Part shown: positions 24,565 through 35,890 of the stretch, piece after piece
How the letters are laid out: the number at the start of each line of letters is the position of its first letter
Position numbering within the stretch: the stretch's first letter is position 1
Source of the DNA: Chiloscyllium plagiosum
Taxonomy: Eukaryota
Assembly (NCBI RefSeq): GCF_004010195.1
Contig: NC_057755.1
Coordinates: 6,307,474 to 6,371,473 of the forward strand
DNA length: 64,000 bases
Direction of reading: 5' to 3'
Made by a program: the position numbers and the translations under genes
The notes under the pieces: model-generated
Database searches by the model: none
What the model was told of the DNA's origin: nothing
What the model saw: only the letters and a program-made list of their open reading frames with translations

Positions 24565-25995
24565 GGTCGCTCTTCATGTTTTGCCTCGTTCACTCTGGCT
24601 CTCTCACCTGCTCACTCTTTCTCTTTTCTTATGTCTCTCTATCTTTCTATCTCTCACTTTCTCTCTCTCTCTCTCTTGCTCTTTCAGTTGCTATTTCGCT
24701 CTCTCGTGTTTTCTTCTCTTCACTTGCTCTCTCGGCTGGATTTGCTTTCTCTCGCTTTCCCAATCATTCTATCTCTCTTACTCTCCTGCACTGTCTCCCA
24801 TTTTTTCTATTCACTCACCCTATAACTTACTGCCACCGTATCTCTCTCTCTCTTTCTGTCTCACTGTTTTGCGTTCTCGCTTGCTCTATTGTTCGTTCAC
24901 TCTTTTTTTGCACTCTTGCTTTCTCTTACCATCTTGGTCTTCTTCTGTTCTGCTCCCTCATGTTCAATCTCTCATTCTCTTTCATTCTCCACTTGCTTGC
25001 TCTCTCTCACTCTCTATGCAGTTCCTCTCTCTTCCCCTCACTACTTACTTGTTCACTCACTCACTGTCTCATGCCCTCTCTCTCTTGCTCTCTTTCTGTC
25101 TTGTGCTTGCACTTTCTCTCTCTCTGTTTCATGCTTCACCTCTTTGCTCGCTTTCATTCACTGCCTCACACTCCGTCACACTTTCATGCTCTCTCTTTCT
25201 CTATTGTTCCCTCTCCACACGCTTTCACACTGGCTATCGAACTCTGTCTAGCTCTCTGCCTGCTTGCTTGCTCCCATACTCTCCCTCTGCATTGCCTGCT
25301 CTCTCACCTGCTCACTCACAACGAAACATTTATTTGTTATTTCACACACATTCTCTCAGATGCACTCCCACTCATTCTCTCTCGTTTACTCTCTCACTCT
25401 GATTCAGATTTGCTCTGTTGCGCTGCCTCTCAATCATGCTTTCTATCTCTCACTGTCTCTCGAGTTCTCTCCTACTCATTCTCTCTCTCAAGCACTCTCT
25501 TGGAATCTCTTCAGTGTCTCTCAATATCTCAGCATTCTCTCTCAGTAACTCTCTCTCAACTGCGCTTTCTTTCTCTTGCTCTCCCCATTTCTTGCCATCT
25601 TGCACGGTCTCTGTTTCAGTCTGTTTCTTACTCTCACACACACTCTCTCTCTCTCTCTCACGCTGTGTCCCTTCATTTCTCTATCTCGGCCTTGTCATTC
25701 TTCCTCTCTCTTGCTCACTTACTCTGGCCCATTTATCATTTCACTTGTTCTCTCCCTGCATTGACCTCACTTGTTCTGTTTCTCGCTGTCTCTCTCTCGT
25801 TAGTTTGTTCTAGCTCTCCAGCTCTTTGACTGTCTGTTTGATCTCTATCTCTCATCCTCTCTCTCCTACACTTGTCTCTCAGTAACTCTCTCTCCACTCT
25901 CTCTCTCGCACTTTATCTTTCTCGTGCTCTCCCTCTTGCTCTCTCTCAACCTCACTCCTTCTCCACTTTCTCTCTCTTGCGCGCTCTGGCATTCT
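24565..25995. repeat. 1.4-kb degenerate (CT)n polypyrimidine tract
   Basis: Directly visible CT/CTCA/CTTG low-complexity sequence. Confidence 0.95.
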
Positions 25996-27034
25996 CAGAG
26001 GATGTTTTCAGAATATTCTTTCTGAATGGAAAGTAGATGCACTGACTTCCGGTACTTGCAAATCAGACGTATTTAAATTGTCCATAAGCAAGGAGGGGAA
26101 AAGTTATCCAGCATCGGCATAGATTTTGAAATGATGAGCTCAGCCATGAACGTACTGAACAGGGGAGGAGTCTGTGGCAGCTGAGTGGACAACTTCTTTT
26201 GTTAATTCAATGCTCTTATGGTCATTGGTCCTTACATTTACGAGAATATGCATCCACAAAATAGTAGCATATCACATTTAAAACGCAAGGACATGGCTGA
26301 GATGCAGTTAGGAATAAATATGACATTCATATTATTGTCGGTAAATCACTATAAGCTGCATTTAAGTTGACTACTTATTACGACATCCACAGATATTAAA
26401 ATGCTGAAGCAATGATTTAAACATTATTGCATAAAGCAACCAAAACAATTCCTCTTGTGTAACCAAATTAAGCCTCACAATTCAAATTGGCTATTAAACA
26501 ATGAATGGTGAAATTTAGCCACGATTCCAGTCAGCAGCATTTGCCTCTGTGTGCCTCCAGTGTGCGATCTTCTACAGCAATGTTCTTTGAATTTCTGCTG
26601 CTGAAGAAGTTGAATTCATCTTGCATTTTCTCTTTTTAAACTCATGGTGTGACATTATTTGTGACACTTCTGAGGCCACTAAGTGTGTCGTTGCCTTTCT
26701 TGCCAAAAGTGAAATTTAGCTTCTCACCACCTCGCTCCTGTTTCTTGTCACAGAAAGTGTTCGCTGTTTCTCTGAACTACAACTATTCCTGCGATTACCT
26801 CGTTAAAGTCTTCTGCAGAGCAATCTTTTATTGTTCTGGCCAGTTTCCAAGTAGTTTACTTACGCAGGTTGAAATCCTTCTCTTCCCAGAGATAGATAAT
26901 ATTTTTAATTCATTGTCCCATTATCTCCAGAAAGAACATATTCCACAAACAGTTGTTGTTGACATTTTCATTGGAGTAATTACTAAAGTTCTGAAGTCTA
27001 CATTGTCACAATTACCAATGTTATAATTTACAGA

Positions 27035-27320
27035 GATTCTTATCCCTACATTGCAGGAAGAGGTCATTCAGCCCGTCAAATCTGCTCTATCACTCCGAAA
27101 ATGTTCCTAATCAAACACATTATTACATCCTATATTCCCAATCATCTAGTTAGCATGGTTAACCCACGTGCTTAGCAAGTCCCTGGATACTATGGGCACT
27201 TTAAGATGGTCAGTCCCCCTAGTCTGCACATTTTGGGGCAATGGGCGGAAACGGAACAACCTGATGTAAACCCATGCAGATGTGAGGAGAACGGACAAAC
27301 TCCACACAGGCAGAAACCTA
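27035..27320 (-). mobile_element. HE1/V-SINE-like SINE, 5'-truncated
   Basis: acaaactccacacag and aaacccatgcaga core motifs. Confidence 0.65.
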
Positions 27321-28099
27321 TGTACGTATCGTAATGTCAATAGTTCTTTTTTAATAGAATCTCGACAGTGTGGCTGCAGGCTTTTTAACCTAACAAGTGC
27401 ACACTGCTCTTTGAAGAGTATCCCAAATAGATACACTCTCCTACCCTTGAATCAACATGACACTCGACGATCTCTGATTGAGTTCTTTAGCCACATTGAT
27501 TGGTAATGAGAATTGTTTGAAGGTAGGTTGTTTGACATTTGAAAATTTGAGTGCTGCTGAAAAGAAATACGTTTAATCAAATTTCCAATATTGAGTGCAT
27601 CAGGGCTTACAGAGCTACACAAGAAAAAACAAAAATGACAGCACATGCATTGTTCCTATTACAGTTGAACAAATATTATCTGGTTCATTTTTCAGTGCAA
27701 TGCTGGAGTAATCACAGACAACTTGCCAGTATAAAAGTTGAATTAAGCTTGGCAGCTAACTGTCTGTCATTTCTTTTAAAATGTCTATTATCCATGGCAA
27801 CCATGGCTAATGTCAGCCAGAGCCTGTTTGCCAAACTATTTGAACTCCCTTTACATGTGGCATGCAACAGTAAATTCCAAGTACATTGATATTTATTCAG
27901 AACAGATTGACTGCTTGGGACAAGTGTGTGGGTGATTGTTTTCCAGCGTTCTTCAACTAATATCAATTAGCCAGCTGCCAGCAGCAATGTGCTGAATCAT
28001 GATTGCTGGGTGTTCAGTATTCTGGGAACAGAAGGCTTGCATAAGCAAATTTCTTTAAAACTGGTCATTGCGATAAATCGCAGTAATTTTCAAAATGAG

Positions 28100-29695
28100 G
28101 AGTGCACTATTATTTTTGTACCATGTACTGTCTATTATCAAGAACTTCTAATCAAGCACTTAACATAAAACATGAAGAATGCACCATCACGTCTATACTA
28201 CATACTATCCATGATCAAGCATTGATAATCAAGTTATGTCATATAAAACATGAGTCGTGTAGTACCAGTTATTTTTCATGCACTATTATCAAACACGAAT
28301 AATGCACCTTTAATTATATACCATGCTGTATCTAGATTAGATTATATTGCTAACAGTGTGGAAACAGGCCCTTCGACCCAACAAGTCGACATCGGCCCTC
28401 AGAAGAGCAATCCACCCAGACCCATTTCCCTACATTTACCCTTTCACCTGACACTATAGGGCAATTTAGCATGGCCAATTCACCTAACATGCACATTTTT
28501 GCACTTTGGCAGGAATCCGGAACAAACCCACGGTGACACAGGGAGAATGTGCAAACTCCACACAGACAGTTGCCTGAGGCGGGAATTGAACCTGGGTCTC
28601 TGGCGCTGTGAGACAGCTAACCACTGTGCCACCGTGTCACCCACAGTTATCAAGCATCGATAATCAAGTATGCTATATAACACATGTACCATTTTCTGTT
28701 AATTATGTACCACATACTACCAATTAGCCAGAATTGATAACCAGGCATAAAGGATAAAGCATAACGTATGCAGTAGCATATATAACCATGCACATTTTAT
28801 GAGCAAGCATTGGTAATCAAGTACACTATATAAAAAATGATGCATGCAAGGCCAGTTGTATATCATGCACGATTATCAAGCACTGATAATCAATTATGTT
28901 ATGCAGAATATGAATGGTGCTCTATCAGTTGTATGCCACGTTATGTGGATTAGCGAGTATTCATTATCAAGCATATAATGCAAAGTTGAAATTGCGCACT
29001 TATAGGTCTATGCCAAGCATTATCTGTTATCAAACATTGATAATCAAGCATGACAATTTAAATACCATGCTCTGTCTGTTGTCAAGTATGTTGCATAAAA
29101 CATAAATCATGTTCTTTTGGTTATTTACCAGGCATATCCATTAATGAGCATTGATAATTAAGCATGTAATATAAAACATGAAGAAGACACTACCATTTAT
29201 CTATTATGCACAATCTATTATCAGCCATTGATAATAAAGTATTTTATAGAAAACATAAAGCACGCATTCTTAGTTATATATCATACACTATCGATTAGCG
29301 AACATTGATTATCAAGCATATAAAAAAAACTCAAGCATGTATCATCAATTACATGACCGGCACATTTATCAAACATCGATAATCAATAATATAATGTAAA
29401 GCACGAAGAATGCACTATCAGTTCAATAACGAGCACTTTCTATCATCACGCATTGTTACTCAAATATCTTATATGAAACATGGAGCATGTTATATCAGTC
29501 ATATAATATGCACTATGATTAAGCATTGATAATCAAGCATGCAATATAAAAAATGATGCACTTTTATCAGTTACATGCCATGCACTAATGATTGCGAGAA
29601 TTGTTAACCAATAATGTACTTTAAAAGTTGAAATATATACCATCCATATGCGCCATGCACTATCTATTATCAAACATTTATAAACAGTTAGCTAT
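28100..29695. repeat. Degenerate AT-rich minisatellite, period about 73-78 bp, interrupted by a SINE; a short further stretch at about 30930-31065
   Basis: Recurrent ttatcaagcattgataatcaagcat..atataaaacatga units, with taatcaag-like anchors near 28148, 28226, 28661, 28814, 28887, 29041, 29380 and 29530. Confidence 0.85.
28332..28645 (-). mobile_element. HE1/V-SINE-like SINE (well preserved)
   Basis: Reverse complement begins cacggtggcacagtggttagc, then acccaggttcaattcccgcctcaggcaactgtctgtgtggagtttgcacattctcc; tail (atcta)n. Confidence 0.88.
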
Positions 29696-29702
29696 CAGCC
29701 TC

Positions 29703-30508
29703 TTATTGCTGAGCCAGGAAGGTTTTCTGCCTCGTAAGAGCTGACCAAGTTTGGAGCAGTTGCGTTTGGAGCAGTTGCGTGTCAACTGTCATCCTGATAC
29801 CCTTGCTTCCCCTCGAAGCAAGTATAATCTTGATCCACTTCTTACTGCCTTGCTTTTCCCACTCCGGCATGTTTTCAACTTCAAAGACCTCGGTGGGTGG
29901 AATGACGACTTCTTCTTCATGTTCCATATCCGAAAATTCCCAGATGAGCACTCCTAGTTTGGTCCTTATTTCGAATAGCGTGTTGGCATCCGACCTACTG
30001 TTCATGAAGCTAATGGCTATTGAACGCATTAACGAGGTTGAAGAAAACTGGCCCAGGCGGACGTCCTCTCCCTTTGTGGCGTTGAATAGGATCCGAACTC
30101 CCCTGAAGGTGATGTGCTGTTTTTGCTGAAACTTAGCTAGTGCTACAGAGAAGAGATAATGGAAACTTTTGAAATGGAAGTTCGTTTGATAGATGGTGTC
30201 GCTTGCTCCATACTTTCTGGTGGCTGCATTAAATTCCTCATATAAACTGGATTCTTGAGTGTAAGCGTTAATAGCCATCAAATGCTCCCTGCGCAATCCT
30301 GCTGGCATAATGCAATTTTGCCCCAAGCTTCTGTTTGCACGTTCTCATACTTCGAGAAAATCGCTTCGGTCTTGCCATTCCTTTCTGATATAATCAATTG
30401 CTGCCTGGTCGGTGGTGTCTTCCTGGGTGAATATATAAGCGGCCGAATTCTTTGCCATGTCCAGTTTGATCCATTTTCCCGTAGCTCTCAGAGTTGAAGT
30501 TCGCTGGT
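29703..30508 (-). pseudogene. ARTC paralogue B catalytic exon with one premature TGA (probable recent pseudogene or null allele)
   Basis: The acceptor ctttctttcacag ends at 30509, exactly 50 nt before LDMAKNSAAYIFTQ, the same spacing as in A. An in-frame TGA at 30347-30345 aligns with Trp of A. TFRG (Arg 30102-30104), FSSTS (STS 30033-30041) and HEEEV (ExE 29910-29918) are intact. Roughly 55-60% identical to A by eye. Confidence 0.85.
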
Positions 30509-31064
30509 CTGTGAAAGAAAGTGGATTTTACTCCGTCATGCGGCCACACCGTAGATACAAATGTGTCGGATCCCCATTGCCTCAATGTTAAGAACCCTAC
30601 AAATTAGATGGTGGAAAACAACTACATTATTCTGCCATACAATGTACTCTATTGCAATCAGATGGCTGCTTCTACAGCAAGACTGAACTCGTATCCTGTC
30701 ATTCCCACTTGTGTCCCTCGGGAGAGACAGCCCATGTAGAATGTCCAAGAGTGGTCAATTTACTGGGAATCAGTATCGGAATCAGACCTTTACTATTGAC
30801 GCATTAAATCACGTAGGTGATTCGAGAACTGCATAAAACATTAGTTAGGCCACAATGTGCAGTTCCGGAATCCACATTATAGGAGGGGTGTGATAGCACT
30901 GAAGAGGAGATTCAACAAGGTGTCTCTTGTGCTATGATTGACACATCATCAGTAATTAAACATGTAATATAAAGCATGTTCTATCAGTTTTCTATCATTC
31001 ACTAACTGAGATAAAACATTGACAATTAAGCAGTAATACTTAACATGATACATGCATAATCCAC

Positions 31065-32485
31065 GCCTTAAGTTCACCCATCTTATTTCTGATACTCCTT
31101 GCGTTGAAGTATATGCACTTGAACCCATCTCTGTGTCTGCAAGTATTCCCTGTCAGTGCTACCTTCTTCACAGCCTCCCTATATTCTTGGACATCCTGAA
31201 AAACAGCTAACCTACTTCTGGACTACAAGTCCGGATCCCATCCCCCTGCCAAATTAGTTTAAACCCCACGAAGAGTGCTAGCAAACCTACCTCCCAGGAT
31301 ATTGGTGCCCTTCTGGTTCAGGTGCAACCTGTCCTGCTTGTACAGGTCCCACCTTCCCCAGAATGCAGTCCAATTGTCCAAATACCTGAAGCCCTCCCTC
31401 CTACACCATCCTTGCAGCCACGTGTTCAACTGCACTCCCTCCCTGTTCCTTGCCTCACTGCCATGTGGCACCGGCAGCAACCCAGAGATGACGACTCTGT
31501 CCGTCCTAGCTTTTAGCTTCCAGCCTCACTCCCTGAGCTCCTAATGTCCTCCCCACCCCTCTTCCTACCTTTGTCGTTCGTGCCAATGTGCACCACGACT
31601 TCTGGCTGCACACCCTCCCCCTTAAGGATTCTGATATGGCCCGAGAAGTCTCGGACCCTGGCACCCGGGAGGCAACAAACCAAACGAGAGTCTCGCCCAA
31701 ATGTGCACCACGACTTCTGGCTGCACACCCTCCCCCTTAAGGATTCTGAAGATATGGTCCGAGACGAATCGGACCCTGGCACCCGGGAGGCAACAAACCA
31801 AACGAGAGTCTCGCCCGTGTCCACAGGACCACCTGTCTGTCCCTCTAACTATAGAGTCTCCTATAACTAGCGCACTCCTCCTCTCCTCCTTTCCCTTCTG
31901 AGACTCAGAGCTGGACCTCGTGCCAGAGACCCGGTCACTGCAGCTTACCCCTGCTAGGCCGTCCCCCCCAACAGTATCCAAAGCGGTATACGTATTGTTG
32001 AGGGGAACGACCACAGGGGATCCCTGCACTGCCTGCTTCCTCCCCTTCCCACCTCTAACTGTTACCCATCTACCTCTGTTCTCTGGCGTAACTATGTCCC
32101 TGTAGCTTCTACCTATCACCCTCTCGGCCTCTCGAATAATTCTCAGTTCATCCAACTCCAGCTCCTGTTCCCTAACGCGGTCTGTGAGGAGCTGGAGCTG
32201 ACTGCACTTCCTGCAGATGAAGTCAGCAGGAGCATCGGTGGTCACCCCTACCTCAAACATCCTGAACGAGGAACATTCCACTGCCTGCGCTGCCATAACT
32301 CTACACTTAGTCTCCAAAACAAGAACACTATGTAGCTTACCTTTTTTTATGTTAGAGGAGGAGGGAGGGTGGGAGACACTACACATGTAGTGTCTCGGGT
32401 TCCTTCTCCACTCAAATAACAATCATTTACCTTCCCGACCGGCTTTGCGCTCCGACTTCACTTCCGCCCAGTTACCGCCGCGGAG
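31065..32485 (-). mobile_element. CR1 LINE 5' portion: 5'UTR, largely open ORF1 (Cys/zinc-finger-like, coiled coil, SGNH) and first codons of ORF2
   Basis: ORF 31622..32422 has VECSS..FICRKC, ELELDELR and VIGDSIVRGTD. WGRWDLYKQDRLHLN follows, then FKCIYFNARSIRNK near 31125-31080. Confidence 0.92.
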
Positions 32486-32489
32486 ATAG

Positions 32490-33270
32490 TAAGTGTCAGT
32501 AAGTGAGGGAAAGTACAATTGTGCAAGTAAAGGAAGTGAATGGTTGAGTGAGTGAGTGAGTGAGTGTCAGGGATGAGTGAATGATTGAGTGATGGCCAGT
32601 GCCTGAATGCAACTGAATGAATGAGAGATGGAATGAATGAGTGAAATTGAATGAGTAAGTTAGTGAGTGGGTAACTGAGTGAGTGGGAGAGTGTGTGAGT
32701 GGGGGACTGAGTACTACTGGGTGAGGGATGAATGGAGTAAGTGCTACTGAGTAAGTGAGCGACTGTGCTAGTGAGTGAATAAGAGCCATGGAGTGAATAT
32801 AAGTGAGTGAGTACCAGTCTGCGAGTGAATGAGTGAGTTATTGTGAGTGAGTGAGCAATAAGGAATGCAAGTGAGTGAGTGGTGATGAGTGATTGAGTGA
32901 GTTTGTGAGTGAGTTAGTGAGTAGAGTGAGTGGTTGTTTGAGTGTCTGTGTAGGAGTGAATTCGTTAGCAAGTGAGTAATTTAATTCCAGCAAATATTGA
33001 AATGAGTGAACGAGAAGAGTGAGTGAGTTCGAGTGATGAATTAGGAAGTGAGTAACTTCGTTAGCAAGTGAGTAATTTAATTCCAGCAAATATTGAAGTG
33101 AGTGAACGAGAAGAGTGAGTGAGTTCGAGTGATGAATTAGTAAGTGAGGAACAGGGATAAGTTAGTATGTGCTTTAACTGAGTGGGAACAGAAAGTGAAT
33201 GAATAGATGGAAATGTGTGAGCATCACGGTGTACAAGTAAATGCATGGGTGATTGAATAAGTGAGTGAGT
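32490..33270. repeat. Degenerate (GAGT)n tract, resuming at about 35990-36330 after a CR1 insertion
   Basis: Directly visible; includes a 96-bp internal duplication (32961 and 33057). Confidence 0.92.
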
Positions 33271-33289
33271 CCCAATGCAATTGTTACGT

Positions 33290-35890
33290 GACTAATTACG
33301 AGAATGCTAAATCTGCACTCAGAGAGGACATACGAGAAGGGTTATCCACTGACACAGGATGGGTAGACCTTAAAAACAAGATGGATGCTATCTCTCTGAT
33401 AGGACTTTACTGTGGGTCCGAAAACAGCCACCAAGATTGTAGAGAATAAGTATGTCACAGATTTTAGAAAGATGCAATACAACAAAGTTGTCAGAGTGGG
33501 TGACTTTAACTTCCCCAATATTCACTGCGACTCCCTTCAAGCAAGAGGCATGAACAGGGCAGAATTTCTTAAGTGCATCCAAGAGGGTTTCTGGAAACAG
33601 TATGTGGATATTACAACTGGGGGAGGGGCCATAATGATCCTTCTATTGGCTAAGAGACTGGACATTTCAGTAGGAGAATAGTTCAGGAACAGTGATCATG
33701 ACTCCTTAATTTTTAAGATAGCTATGAATTACGATAAATCACCACATTGTAGGAAGGTACTAAATGGGGGAAATGGGCAAATTAAGCCAGCTTCAGGCAG
33801 GAGCTCGGGAGTGCTAATCTGGAAGAGCGATTATTGGAACTCCACGTTTAACAAATGGGATTTTTTTTTTCAGACCTGCTGATCGGAATTCAGGAAAGAC
33901 AAGGATGGAAAAGTAATGGACGCTTGGATGACAAGGAGGGCTGTGAATTTAGTCAAAAGGTGAAACAAAGAGAAACCTATGTAAGAAGCCAGAATTGAAC
34001 AGGGTATAAAGAAATTACGAGACAAATTCAACAGGGAATTCGGAGAGCAATAGGACGCCAAGAAATGACCTTGACAAGTCAGGTTAAAGCGAATCCTGAA
34101 GTGTACATTAAAAACAAGGGGATAACAAGGGAGAAGGTGGGATCCCTCAAGGCTAAAGTAGAGAACTTGTGCTTGGAAGCAGAGGATGTAGGCAACGTCA
34201 AAAGTCAGCCCGTACGTTACGTCACTTTTCACCCAAGAGAAAGATATAGAGGGTAGTGAGAATAGTGTCGAGCATATTAATATTCTAGGGCATTTTTAGA
34301 ATAATAAAGACGTGAATTGGGTTTCTTGAAGAGCTTTAAGTTGGATAAGTTCTCAGGGAACAATGGTGTCTTCCCCAGGCTGTTGGCAGAGGCAAGGGAG
34401 GAGATTTCTGGGTCCTTGATCAAGATCTTTGCATCCTCGGTAGCCTCTGGAGAGATCCCAGAGGACTGCCAAGTCGTTAATGTTGTTCCCTGTTCAAGAA
34501 GAGAAATAAGAATAACCCCACAGACTGCAAATCATTGAATTTCAAATCAATGTTTGGGAAGCTATGAGCGGGAGAATTCTTAGAGATATGTCTTACGTAC
34601 ATTGGAACATATGATCCAATTATAAACAGTTAGCATTCCTGTTTATGGAACAGGCGAAAGTGAGGACTGCAGATGCTGGAGATCAGAGTCAGTATAGCAG
34701 GTCAGGCAGCATCTGAGGAGCAGGAAAATCGACGTTTTGGGCAGGAGTCCATCATCAGCCCTTCCTGCTTTTCCAGCACCACGCTAATCTTGTCCATGTA
34801 TGGAGCAGGTCATGTCATACTGACTTGGTTGGATTTTTCGCGGGGTGACAAAGAATTTAATTAATGGCATAGCAGTGAATATTGTCTAAATAGATATTAT
34901 TAAGGCATTCAACCAAGTTCCTCATGGTACACCCAGAAGATTAAAGTTCATGGGATCCACCGTATATTGACCACGTTGATTCAGAATTGGCTTGGCATAG
35001 ACGGGAGGCAGTAATACTGGAAGGGTGTTTTTCAAAGCTGGAGGTCCGTGACTAGCGGTATTCCACACGGATATGTGCTTGGTTCGCTGCTGTTTGTGCT
35101 ATATATATATATATATATGAAAACGACTTGGTTGAAAATGCACGTGGTTGAAAATTAACGTGGATGGTAAGATTGCAGACAACACTACAGTTAATTGCAG
35201 GTCGCTAAACAGCATTGATGTACAGAGTGATCTTGGGATTTTAGTCCATACTTCCTGAAAGTGGACAAAGAGGAGATAGGGTGATAAAAAAAAGACACAT
35301 GGCCTGCTTGACTTTATTGTTTGGGAATTTGAGTGCAATAGACAGGGTGTCATGCAGCAGCTTTATAAGACTTTAGCTAGGCCTTACTTAGAGTACTGCA
35401 TTCAAATATTATCACCAGTTTGCAGGAAGGATATGGGAGCTTTGGGCAAGCTGCATGGATTAGACGGTATGAGTGATAACGAGAGGCTGGAAAGATTGGG
35501 TTATTTTGCCGGGACCAGTGGACGCTGAAGGGAGACTAGAGAGAAGTCTATAAAATTATGAGAGGCATAGATAGAGTTGGCAATCAGAATTTAGTTCCCA
35601 GAGTTGAAATGCCTAATAATAAGGGGCGTGCACTGAGGGTGATCGGGGAGATGTGAGGGGCATTTTTTTTTAATACAGAGATTCGTAGGAGAGTGGAACA
35701 CTCTGTCAGGAGTGGTGATGGAGGCAGATATGATAGGCACGTTTAAGGGACTGTTGATAAGTGCATGAATATGCAAGGAATGGAGGGGTATGTACCAAGG
35801 GCAGGCAGAAGATTTGTTTAATTTTGCGTCATGTTAGGCACAACATATTGAGCTGAAGGTCTTCTGTTGCTATCCTGTTCTTTAACATAA
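33290..35890 (+). mobile_element. Old CR1 ORF2 relic (endonuclease to 3' end) with a Penelope-like insert at about 34655-34795
   Basis: VGDFNFPNI and DKFSGNNGVFPRLL fragments. The insert is flanked by tatggaacagg (34644) and tatggagcagg (34799). Confidence 0.85.

Noticed and set aside
24576..25829. 417-aa and overlapping ORFs rich in Leu, Ser and Phe
   Set aside because: Artefacts of the CT tract, which lacks stop codons; several frames are open at once.
28100..29695. CRISPR-like repeat-spacer array
   Set aside because: Vertebrate context, whole units are degenerate copies of one another with no unique spacers, and there are no cas genes.
30345..30347. TGA as selenocysteine or programmed readthrough
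   Set aside because: It aligns with Trp rather than Cys, the context is TGA-G (not a leaky one), and I recognised no SECIS element.
32496..33246. His/Ser/Leu/Thr-rich ORFs
   Set aside because: Translations of the (ACTC)n tract.
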